Below are positions 8,651 through 16,400 of a stretch of 32,000 bases of DNA, one piece after another. Both the position numbers and the translations under genes were made by a program. Below the pieces are notes generated by a model that was not told where the DNA came from, did no database searches, and saw only the letters and a program-made list of their open reading frames with translations. The DNA comes from Saccharolobus solfataricus. Its GTDB lineage: Archaea; Thermoproteota; Thermoprotei_A; Sulfolobales; Sulfolobaceae. The stretch's first letter is position 1, and the number at the start of each line of letters is the position of its first letter. The stretch lies in assembly GCF_900079115.1 (NCBI RefSeq), contig NZ_LT549890.1, positions 1,440,001 to 1,472,000 on the forward strand, read 5' to 3'.

Positions 8651-9766
8651 ATGAGTATGATTGTTTACACTACTGTAATTGATGGGGAAATAAACGTTAA
8701 GAACCAGCAAAAATTTTTCAGCAATCTAGCTACAGCAGTTAACGTTATTTCTCAGTCATTTGATGTGGAACCTTTGAAGTCCCTCCATGAGAAATACAGC
8801 GATGTTACAAAAGGGCTAGATGAAGTGGAGCGTAAGGACGGTGCATTCTATGCTTCCTATTTATTCCACAAAGTGTTCGACGACTACTTTAATAACGGCA
8901 GGCTAAAGGCACTATTAGAAGAGGTAAAAGAATCCAATATCGAGAAAAAAGTTAAGGAAGTTATTAAGAGAAGTGAGGAAGAGGCTAATGATGAGGTCGA
9001 CGATAACTTACCTGTCGTTTGGTCTTTCAAGACTCCAGATATATTCAGTGTATTTAAAAAAATTGATTCTGTGTCAGGTAAGGAGTTCGAAACGGAATAT
9101 TTAGGAATAAAGGTCTACCTTACGATAAGACCCTATTCGGATGAACTGGGCTATTATGCCCCTTTCCTTTTCTTTACAAAGAATAAGCCTAGGCTTGGAG
9201 TAAAATTCGGTGATATTTCAGTAGACCCCTACGAGATTAGAGTCCTTCAGTTAAATGAGGAAAGAGAGAACTTCGTACTAACCTTTTTAGAAAAGATATT
9301 GGGCAACCTAACTTTAAAATCAAAGACCAGGTTAGAGATTAGGGAGGTTTCACAGTTCTCAAATACGGAGTATTTATTAATAGCGTTGAGATATACACAT
9401 TGGCTATTAAGGAGAACAAAGCTGACTTTAGAAAAGGCTGTTAACTATTTCCCATTTCTTCTAGCATCCGTAGATAAACCTGTAAGGTTTGTACAGAATA
9501 TAAAGGACCTCTATCATAGAATAGAAAAGGATGGGGTAGATTTAGATACAATAAGGAAAGAAATTGAAAATTTGGGTTGGTATAATATAACCTTACCCAG
9601 TAAAGTAAACATACAGCAAGTTAAGGGGATTAATAAAATCGATGAGTTGCTTAAAATAGGTATGAAATTAGGAAATCCCATAATGATGATAGTGTACGTT
9701 GGTATGTCTATAATTTATGTATATAAAGTTAACGGATACGACTTTGACAAAGTGCTTAAAGTCTAA
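8651..9766 (+). CDS. Hypothetical protein (371 aa) with a hydrophobic C-terminal segment
   Basis: Long ORF with coding-like composition. There is an acidic/Lys-rich linker (EEVKESNIEKKVKEVIKRSEEEANDEVDD) and a hydrophobic stretch (NPIMMIVYVGMSIIYVY) near the C-terminus. No family recognised. Confidence 0.55.
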   Translation: MSMIVYTTVIDGEINVKNQQKFFSNLATAVNVISQSFDVEPLKSLHEKYSDVTKGLDEVERKDGAFYASYLFHKVFDDYFNNGRLKALLEEVKESNIEKKVKEVIKRSEEEANDEVDDNLPVVWSFKTPDIFSVFKKIDSVSGKEFETEYLGIKVYLTIRPYSDELGYYAPFLFFTKNKPRLGVKFGDISVDPYEIRVLQLNEERENFVLTFLEKILGNLTLKSKTRLEIREVSQFSNTEYLLIALRYTHWLLRRTKLTLEKAVNYFPFLLASVDKPVRFVQNIKDLYHRIEKDGVDLDTIRKEIENLGWYNITLPSKVNIQQVKGINKIDELLKIGMKLGNPIMMIVYVGMSIIYVYKVNGYDFDKVLKV

Positions 9767-9890
9767 AGCCTTACGGTATAGCGATTTTTGATTGATTAGT
9801 AGTTGTTCTACTTTAACGTAGCTTAAACATTTTCATCAGATCCGGTGCACCACCTAAATGATTTTCAACGAATCTGAGGAGCTCCTCCAC

Positions 9891-10571
9891 TAGTATTTCC
9901 AGAAAGTTCTTAGACCTCAATTTTATCTAATCCTAAGTATGTTATTGCATTAAGATTAAATCTATACTTATTTTCTTCAAAGAACTGTTTAATACAGTTT
10001 TTAACGTCTTCTATCGTATAGAATATTTTATTGCTCATGTAGTTCTTGAGGGACTTGAAGACCGCCTCAGCCATATTAAGCTCAGGCGAGTAAGGAGGAG
10101 TAAACACGGGATGAATACCCTTCCTGCAACAAACCTCAAGCGTACCCTTAGTCTTGTGAGGAGAGTAATTATCCATGACCATGTAAACCCTACCACTACC
10201 CACACGCCTCTTAAAGTACCTCAAGAAATACTTAACAGATTCAGAGTAGCATTTATAGGAAAATCGTTACACTTTTACGTTACGTTAAAAATATATAACG
10301 AATCTTTCCTGGTTAGATGAGAAATGTTTATTGATAAGCTATAATATTAAGAAGTACAATGAAAGATATTTATAAATACATGGATAAATATTTTGACTTT
10401 TTATGATAAGGGAATTTCCTAAAACTACTATCAGAGTTAGGCCTTTTAGCAAGAGAAACCACTACTTCGCCAGTCCAAGCGTTTATAGAGTAACATAGAT
10501 TGAGGAAAAACCTATATTGACGCGCATTACGGGCTTACTGCCAACCTTAGCTAGAACTTTCTTAATTGACG
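9891..10571 (-). mobile_element. Truncated ISC1048-like (IS630 family) copy, interrupted by one MITE and cut off by another
   Basis: The terminus TAGTATTTCCAGAAAGTTCTTAGAC and the C-terminal transposase ORF (9910..10224, VYMVMDNYSPHKT...PPYSPELNMAE) are near-identical to the copy at 22836..23881. Homology stops at 10571, where a 79-bp MITE begins. Confidence 0.75.
10247..10430 (+). mobile_element. ~184-bp MITE with ISC1217-type ends (SM2-like by recollection), inserted in the ISC1048-like copy
   Basis: It is absent from the otherwise collinear copy at 23170-23180. It is flanked by a 6-bp direct repeat TCAGAG (10241-10246 and 10431-10436). The ends TAGCATTTATAGGAAAAT... and ...GGAATTTCCTAAAACTACTA are imperfect inverted repeats, and the left end matches the ISC1217-like terminus TAGCATTTATCGGAAAAT. 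Confidence 0.7.
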
Positions 10572-10572
10572 T

Positions 10573-10651
10573 TAGTATTTTGGAAAAGTTCTTAGACTAT
10601 GATCTAGTGGTATATCCTTTGCCTAAAGCTATAAACTTTCTGAAAGCACTA
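10573..10651 (+). mobile_element. 79-bp MITE with IS630/ISC1048-type ends (SM1-like by recollection), copy A
   Basis: Identical to the copy at 11667..11745; the reverse-complement copy at 26429..26507 differs at a single position. The termini TAGTATTTTGGAAAAG / CTTTCTGAAAGCACTA are imperfect inverted repeats resembling the ISC1048-like ends. The element is bounded by TA. Confidence 0.75.
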
Positions 10652-10890
10652 GGGAACTATATACCTTGGCTGGAGATAACAAGTATCTTAGCTCTGCCCA
10701 ACCAATAGTTAATAGTGGTAAACTTGGGAGGTTGACTTTCGCTTATCCCACCCCTAGAAGGGGTAGGGCTTTCGGTCTTTTGTAATTAGGGATTATATAG
10801 CGAAAGCTTAATCAATCACAGCCTACACTACTTGCACAGAGTTCTAGACATCCTGCATAACATGCTGCATCTGTACCAAGGGGGTAAACT

Positions 10891-10968
10891 TCAACTTATG
10901 GTACAAGCATCTTCACAACCTCCGTCAATACATATTTCAGTTGTCCATTCATCTAACCCAGCCATCAT
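10891..10968 (-). CDS. Candidate 25-codon Cys-rich small ORF, start overlapping the stop of the upstream gene
   Basis: TAATG stop/start overlap at 10966-10970. The peptide is MMAGLDEWTTEICIDGGCEDACTIS. A further Cys-rich stretch continues in the +1 frame (see findings). Below the track's size threshold. Confidence 0.2.
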   Translation of the reverse strand: MMAGLDEWTTEICIDGGCEDACTIS

Positions 10969-11465
10969 TACGTCACCTTATGAAAATTAGTTTTCTTTAC
11001 AAGATCTGTAAGCCCTGATGATCCATTTACTTCCAAGAACCTAGAGAACATTTCGTTCTCAGTACCTTTAGTTATAGCCTTCAATAACACCTCTTTTTCT
11101 TCACCCGGGTTAGACTCAATCAACGGTGATTTCACTTCTGCAGGTCCACCTTCAAATATTTCTACGTTATCCCCCTTAATATTTATGTAAATTCCCCTAC
11201 TCTTAATTGTGTAAAACCCTTGTTCATCCTTATCTCCGACTACCTTATACATGAAAAGAGTAATTCTTAGTGATCCGTCATCGCGTTGTGTAACTGTAGT
11301 TATTACTTTAGTATCATCTAACGAAGTTTTTATTTTATGAAGTAAGCTATGTGTTAAAACATGCCTATCTTCCATTACGTAGTATCCATCCTTAAGCTGT
11401 ACTTGCTTCAGCACTTTAACATCTGATTTTTCAACTAACTCCTTATAACTCTCTTTTTTTGACAT
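10968..11465 (-). CDS. Hypothetical protein (~165 aa)
   Basis: Track ORF 10968..11480 starts at TTG. The ATG at 11465 (MSKKESYKELVEK...) is more plausible. No family recognised. Confidence 0.5.
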   Translation of the reverse strand: MSKKESYKELVEKSDVKVLKQVQLKDGYYVMEDRHVLTHSLLHKIKTSLDDTKVITTVTQRDDGSLRITLFMYKVVGDKDEQGFYTIKSRGIYINIKGDNVEIFEGGPAEVKSPLIESNPGEEKEVLLKAITKGTENEMFSRFLEVNGSSGLTDLVKKTNFHKVT

Positions 11466-11666
11466 CGTTATGCTGTTCAAGTCTTGCTTTATAAACTTTG
11501 TGGTATATACCTACTTTGTTGATTCGTTCAATTTGTCTCATTAAAACGATATTGTATAACACTAATTTTTCAGTAATTAATATTTATTTCAACGTTCTTC
11601 TCAAGCTTACACCCTAATGCCCGGAGCCCTACCGACTACAGAATTCGCCAAGTTAACCATCCACGC

Positions 11667-11745
11667 TAGTATTTTGGAAAAGTTCTTAGACTATGATCTA
11701 GTGGTATATCCTTTGCCTAAAGCTATAAACTTTCTGAAAGCACTA
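11667..11745 (+). mobile_element. 79-bp SM1-like MITE, copy B (inside the 3' end of the IS5-family element)
   Basis: Identical to copy A; bounded by TA. Confidence 0.75.
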
Positions 11746-11776
11746 GCGTAAGCCCAGAACTTGAGCTTAGCCTCAA

Positions 11777-12580
11777 CTACTTGCCCAGCAAAACTTGTCT
11801 AACCGATTCCCCAAAAGTACGCTTCACCGCAGAGAACAAGGACTCGACCCGCCACCTAACGCCATAACCCTTCTCCTCCTTCCAACGATCATAACCCAAC
11901 TTCCTAAACTCCCGCACAGCCTTACGTCTAGCAAGATGGCGTTTAGTAGAAGCGTTCTTCTTGGGAGGAACTACAACCTCAACTCCGGTCTTGTAAACCT
12001 CATTGGCGTCATATGCCTTATCTCCATAAAACTTCTTGACCTTCTTTCCCTTATCTTGAAGATCCTTAACTGTTTTTACAGCACTTTCAACCTCGTTGCT
12101 AGTGACCTCAGCGTTTATCACGTTGAATTCGTTATTGTCCATTACTATCTCGATCTTGAGGAATTTTGAATCCCTAGTCTTACCCCACTTGGCAACAATG
12201 TATTGTCCTCCCGTGTTTGTGCTAATGCCGGTAGCGTCTGCAATTACTTCAAGTTCGTCACTTGTCTCGGGGAAGGTTATGTTCATGTTCCTCACTCTCT
12301 CCCATATTGTTGAGTAGTCGAGGCTTGTGGGGATGATCTTCAATTGTTCTAAGGCTCTCAATACTCCTTCTATTGCTCTGTAAGGTAGGAAGATGTGTAA
12401 GAATGCTAGGAATTCGTTGAACTCCTTCGGAGCTTTATACTTTGTCCTAGCGTTCCTGTTCTCCTCTGCTAATAAGTCCCACCAATGTTCGAATACGTAG
12501 AAGGGGAACATCAACTTATATCTAGTTATGACGTTCTCGTCGTACTTGCTCCAGTCCCTCTTGTACTTACTCTTTTCCAT
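11777..12580 (-). CDS. IS5-family DDE transposase, 3' end apparently frameshifted
   Basis: YGDKAYD and RWRVESLFSAVKRTFGE are IS5-type signatures. After ...FGESVR the homologous reading (SFAGQVVEAKLKFWAYA) continues in another frame to 11748, where the 79-bp MITE is inserted. Confidence 0.7.
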   Translation of the reverse strand: MEKSKYKRDWSKYDENVITRYKLMFPFYVFEHWWDLLAEENRNARTKYKAPKEFNEFLAFLHIFLPYRAIEGVLRALEQLKIIPTSLDYSTIWERVRNMNITFPETSDELEVIADATGISTNTGGQYIVAKWGKTRDSKFLKIEIVMDNNEFNVINAEVTSNEVESAVKTVKDLQDKGKKVKKFYGDKAYDANEVYKTGVEVVVPPKKNASTKRHLARRKAVREFRKLGYDRWKEEKGYGVRWRVESLFSAVKRTFGESVRQVLLGK

Positions 12581-13103
12581 AGGTAATACTTAAACGAATA
12601 ATTTATAAACTTTTTGTACAATTCTGAAGCAATCCACAAAGCAGGTATATACTTGGACTCTGGGACAAAAACTTTAGATACCCCTTATTTTCTATCATGA
12701 ACACATGAATAAGAAGTTAACTCAGAAAGACTTCGACAATTTCAAGGAGTCAATAGAGGACTTGATCAAGTTGTACAAGGAAAGTAGGCTCAGTAAGATA
12801 GAGAACAATAAGGAGAGCGAAGAAGAGAGGTTAGCCAGATTAAGAAGATTCGGTCGAGAGTTAAGGCAAGACTTAGAGGAGGCAAAGTTCGTCAAGATCA
12901 AGAAAGAACAAGGGAGAAAAAGCAAACTAACCCCACAAGAGAAGGCATACATACTGATAATCAAGGAATATCTAGGCTTATCCAACAGGGAAACCGCAGA
13001 ACTAGCATCACTACTGAACCTAACGAAGGAGCTTCCGGTATAAAAACCTTTCCGTGAAAATCGAGCATAGTACACACTACTTATTCAAGTGATGTCACCT
13101 GCT

Positions 13104-14054
13104 TTACTCGCTAGCATCAAAGGGCTTATTATAATACAGCACAGCCCAAGTAATAACAGCAAGCTTCCTGGCACAAGCAGTAATCAACTTTTTACCCTTC
13201 AAATTCCCCTTGTGCTCCTCATAAAACCGCTTAATAATAGGATTAACCTTGATAGCAGTTAAAGCTGCAAGATAGAAAGCCCTCCTCAAAACAGCATCAC
13301 CCCTCCTAGATATGCCTCTCGATACAACACTCTTCCCACTGGATTCAACAAGAGGATCGAGACCACAATAAGCGACAAACCTCTTCTTGTCACCAAAACG
13401 CTTAACATCACCAACCCTTGCTAAAATTATACAACCCAACGTTCTGCCAATACCCGGAATCGTGAAGATCAAACTATCCTTAGGAACAAGATCCTCAAGC
13501 TCTTCCTCAATCTCCCTCTTCCTAACCTCAAGCCTCTCCAACTCATCCAAGAGGAACCTAACCTCAGATAATACTATATTATCCTCCCCCCTCAATACCT
13601 CATTCAAGTTCTTCTTGGACAAACTGTCCTTATAGCCTAGAAGTATTAAATCTCTCCTTAGCCTATTCTTAACCCTAACAATGCTCCTTGTGATAAAATC
13701 CCATTGGCTTGTTAACTCCTTAGCCTCACTCGTTGTAAACTCACTGCCCATACTTATAACTAGTTCAGCGAGCTTTTTAGCGTCATTCTTATCACTCTTC
13801 TTACCCCTAATGTCCTTGAACTTCTTGAGTATGAGGGGATTAATAATCCTCACGTCGTACTCCTTACCCAAGTACTTAGCCAAGTTGATGTGGTAAATTC
13901 CAGTACTTTCTATAGCAACTTTACAACCCTTTGGCAAGACTTGCTTTACTCCTTCAAAACCTTGCTTATTATTTTGAAATTCATAGTATTTACCTTGGAA
14001 GTACACTACTAATTTATCTTTTGAAACATCTATTCCGGCGACTGGGGCCTCCAT
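13104..14054 (-). CDS. IS110-family (DEDD-type) transposase/recombinase, 316 aa
   Basis: The N-terminal AGIDVSKDKL..., ESTGIYH and C-terminal IPGIGRTLGCIILARVGDVKRF...CGLDPLVESSGK match the IS110 family pattern. GGTGA (SD-like) lies 8 nt upstream of the ATG. Confidence 0.85.
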   Translation of the reverse strand: MEAPVAGIDVSKDKLVVYFQGKYYEFQNNKQGFEGVKQVLPKGCKVAIESTGIYHINLAKYLGKEYDVRIINPLILKKFKDIRGKKSDKNDAKKLAELVISMGSEFTTSEAKELTSQWDFITRSIVRVKNRLRRDLILLGYKDSLSKKNLNEVLRGEDNIVLSEVRFLLDELERLEVRKREIEEELEDLVPKDSLIFTIPGIGRTLGCIILARVGDVKRFGDKKRFVAYCGLDPLVESSGKSVVSRGISRRGDAVLRRAFYLAALTAIKVNPIIKRFYEEHKGNLKGKKLITACARKLAVITWAVLYYNKPFDASE

Positions 14055-14211
14055 GTATACTCACCCTTATGTTTTATTCGGGCTTCAAGCCCAACTTCCG
14101 GTCCGAATTGGAGGAGGCCAAGCTCCCTCTCGAGCTCTAAGCCCAAGGAGATCAACGGCCTCAACCCCAGTCAGATCTGTAATACGCAGATCTGACTAAT
14201 ATGTTTTATAT
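14055..14211 (-). ncRNA. Candidate bridge-RNA-like structured leader of the IS110-family element
   Basis: This segment is visibly GC-richer than its AT-rich surroundings. TTATATAAAA (TATA-like) sits at the extreme element end. There is a perfect 10-bp stem GTCAGATCTG/CAGATCTGAC (14170-14196), plus GAGGCC/GGCCTC (14114-14119 and 14157-14162) and a GGGCT/AGCCC hairpin (14080-14092). Exact copies of both element ends and the target junction lie inside it (see findings). Confidence 0.4.
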
Positions 14212-14893
14212 AAGGAGATAAGCCACAAGACAGTAGAGAGACTATACTCCCACCTCACGTCTTCGTCATCCTCTACAACCTACTCTCAAAGACCGTTGAT
14301 GACCTTAAGATTGACGCGACCATGGACGGGCTGTTCCCCAGTAGTGACCAAGCATTACAAGAGTGAAAGAGAGAAATCCAAGGAAGAGATAAAGGAAGGG
14401 AGAACTTCGTGTACTCCTTCTTCATCTTTGACTTGGGTAGTAACTTGATTGTCGCTTACGGTTATTCGCTTAAGAGTGAGAGGGAGGCTTATTAGATGGT
14501 TCTCGAGGTCCTGAGGGATCTTGGCGTTCAAGTGGACTCTTGAGGGCTGATAAGTACTATAGCAAGTCTACACTGGATGATTTCCTTGATTCTGAGATCT
14601 ACTTGATACCCTAACGCTACGATCAAGGGAGGGAAAAGGTGGAGGGAGATGATATTGAAGTTCATGAAGAACCCACTGGAGTATTTGGAGGAGTATTTTA
14701 AGCGTGAGAGGCTCTGATCTTCATTAAAAGGAGGACAGGGTGGATCATAAATAAGGTCAGAGAAGAGAGGATCCACTTGACGGTCTTAGCGAGGGTCGCG
14801 ATTCACGATCTACTGTGGTCTAAAGCGTTAGATTAAAAATCCCGAAATGCTATATAAATTTAGAAACCCATTAGACTAATTTGTCCCAGACTC

Positions 14894-15099
14894 TCAAAAT
14901 TTTCTTAGACCTTGGCTGTAAGAGCTGGGTCAGTACCCTCGGGACTGGGGGATCTTAAGCCTGTGGAGAGAAAACCCTCCGTAACCTCTCTTTCACACGG
15001 GGTATTAGAGAACGATTCCGTTCGATGGAACCTCAGCTGTGGGTGAAGGGGGATCGAGGTTTCTCTGAGAAGCAGGAAATCTTCACCGCGAGGTGGAGA
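14894..15099 (+). pseudogene. GC-rich 3' relic of a third TnpB-type gene with its omega-RNA-like region
   Basis: It is bounded by IS ends on both sides. 15024-15063 (GATGGAACCTCAGCTGTGGGTGAAGGGGGATCGAGGTTTC) aligns with the 3' regions of both other tnpB genes (3550-3600 reverse complement; 26810-26854). The translated frame ...ACGEKTLRNLSFTRGIRERFRSMEPQLWVKGDRGFSE parallels KMCGFPHIREGG...RGMNVRDFGEAQGLRIG of the intact TnpB. Confidence 0.4.
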
Positions 15100-15113
15100 T
15101 ACCCCGCCCTTAG

Positions 15114-16338
15114 CGGTAGACCCAAAATCACCTCCATAAAAATAAATCTATAGTATTAATAAGTGTTTTCTCAAGATTAAATATAAAATCCTTTAGATCA
15201 GATAAATCGTCTAGAAAGCAGAGGATGAGCAGCAATCTAAACTCCTCTCTTGTCATGACGTTCTTAAACACGGTGTAAAGCGAGTAGAAGATCATGGCCA
15301 GCACGAAGATCAACTCGCGGAAGATGAACTTGGTGGAGCTCGTGAAGGGAAGGAAGGCCTTGATGTTCCTGTAAGACGTCTCAATGGGACTCCTAACCTT
15401 GTTGTACAACTTCAGCACTTCCCTCTTGGGTAGGTCGAGGTTGGTCGCCCTCGCGAAGTACACCACGGTCTTCTTCCTCTTCTTAACGATTTCCTTACCA
15501 TACACCAGGAGTCTGAACTTGACCTGCTCTTCCTTCTTATGCCTCTTACTGTTTGTCGTGTACTCTCCGTCGAACTCCTCGTAGATCTTCACGTCCCCCA
15601 CAGGGACTCCTATCACGAACTTGAACTGCGATATGAACTTGAGGACTTCCACGGTGTAGAATCCCGCGTCCAAGGTTACGAGCCCCACCTTGAGGCCCAT
15701 TCCCACAATTTGCTCCATGAGAAGCTTCACGATCTCATCCTTGCTCATCCCGTTAACTTGGGGAACGAAAGCTAGGAGGAGCACCATATTCTGATACTTC
15801 GTGGTCGCGGTAGCGTAGTTCCACGAGTTCCCCTTGGCTGAACTACCCAGTCCCTCCACCGGCTTACCATACCACGTCTTGGTTGTCCAGTCTATGGAGA
15901 TGTCGACTTCCTTCACTCCCTTGAGTATCTCCATGGAAATCCTCCTCATGGACTCTAATAGCTTCTCGATCACCTCAGTTCCCTGCTCCTCCACGTAGTT
16001 CCTCACGGTCTGTGGTGACACGTTATACCCTTTGGACTTGCTTTCCACGGAGTCGTTCCACAAGCACGCGGAGACCAGAACTCTCGATACCTCCTCAGCC
16101 TTTCTTCCCTTGAAGCTCAACATGGAAAGTAATTTATACCCTACTTGTTGTATATTATTTTGGTGGGGAAGACCAGGTGTTATCACCTTGTCTTCACCAC
16201 GTGATAATACCGGTTTCCTCACCTTAAATCTTTCTTCAATTAGTTGCGTTCTTGTTAAAGCTATAAATTCTATTATTTTTCAGAATCTGATATTACCCAA
16301 CCAAAATTATTTTTTGTAAAATGATTTTGGGTCTACCG
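15114..16338 (-). mobile_element. ISC1225-like insertion sequence, apparently intact
   Basis: Perfect TIR CGGTAGACCCAAAATCA (15114-15130) pairs with TGATTTTGGGTCTACCG (16322-16338), spanning ~1225 bp around one 364-aa ORF. Weaker inverted similarity continues ~13 nt further out on both sides (15100 and 16351). Confidence 0.8.
15128..16222 (-). CDS. ISC1225-type transposase (364 aa, GTG start)
   Basis: A single long ORF fills the element. It is visibly GC-richer than the host genes. The family assignment rests on element length and ends, not on recognised catalytic motifs. Confidence 0.75.
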   Translation of the reverse strand: MRKPVLSRGEDKVITPGLPHQNNIQQVGYKLLSMLSFKGRKAEEVSRVLVSACLWNDSVESKSKGYNVSPQTVRNYVEEQGTEVIEKLLESMRRISMEILKGVKEVDISIDWTTKTWYGKPVEGLGSSAKGNSWNYATATTKYQNMVLLLAFVPQVNGMSKDEIVKLLMEQIVGMGLKVGLVTLDAGFYTVEVLKFISQFKFVIGVPVGDVKIYEEFDGEYTTNSKRHKKEEQVKFRLLVYGKEIVKKRKKTVVYFARATNLDLPKREVLKLYNKVRSPIETSYRNIKAFLPFTSSTKFIFRELIFVLAMIFYSLYTVFKNVMTREEFRLLLILCFLDDLSDLKDFIFNLEKTLINTIDLFLWR

Positions 16339-16400
16339 TTAGGACGGGGTAGTTCACCGTAAGAATGTAACGATTTTCTAAAAAGTTTATTGGTGGTTTC

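Larger units (their letters stand above)
11503..12652 (-). mobile_element. IS5-family insertion sequence (~1.07 kb without its MITE passenger)
   Basis: ~35-bp imperfect terminal inverted repeats: GTATATACCTACTTTGTTGATTCGTTCAATTTGTC at 11503 versus the reverse complement of 12652, GTATATACCTGCTTTGTGGATTGCTTCAGAATTGTAC. They enclose a DDE transposase gene. Confidence 0.7.
13032..14211 (-). mobile_element. IS110-family element (ISC1190-like), apparently intact, nested in the older IS
   Basis: The inserted block is ~1186 bp, bounded by AAGGAG on both sides (13026-13031 and 14212-14217). There are no TIRs. A long 5' non-coding end (~157 nt) and a short 3' end (~72 nt) surround an IS110-type transposase gene. 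Confidence 0.75.
12656..14893 (+). mobile_element. Decayed ~1.05-kb IS (ISC1058-size class; family uncertain) split by a nested IS110-family element
   Basis: The TIRs are GACTCTGGGACAAA at 12656 and its complement TTTGTCCCAGACTC at 14880-14893. The N-terminal transposase ORF 12705..13031 (...ELASLLNLTKE) resumes after the nested insert at 14218 (ISHKTVERLYSH...). It then carries stops and 1-nt indels (EAY*MVLEV; VDS-LRADKYYSKS). Confidence 0.6.

Noticed and set aside
14894-15099. GC-rich structured island considered as RNase P RNA or SRP RNA
   Set aside because: I could not find the universal RNase P blocks (GAGGAAAGUCC-type CR-I, ACAGAA..GGCUUA CR-V) or the SRP helix-8 GGAA/AGCA motifs on either strand. 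Similarity to the tnpB 3' regions gives a simpler explanation.
15100-16351. Strong hairpin TACCCCG...CGGGGTA apparently formed by the two flanks of ISC1225, first read as a palindromic target site or ncRNA stem split by the IS
   Set aside because: The same outward-flanking motif is present next to the solo ends at 19944, 27581 and 7551. It is therefore better explained as part of, or tightly linked to, the IS terminus. It is kept only as a boundary question in the findings.
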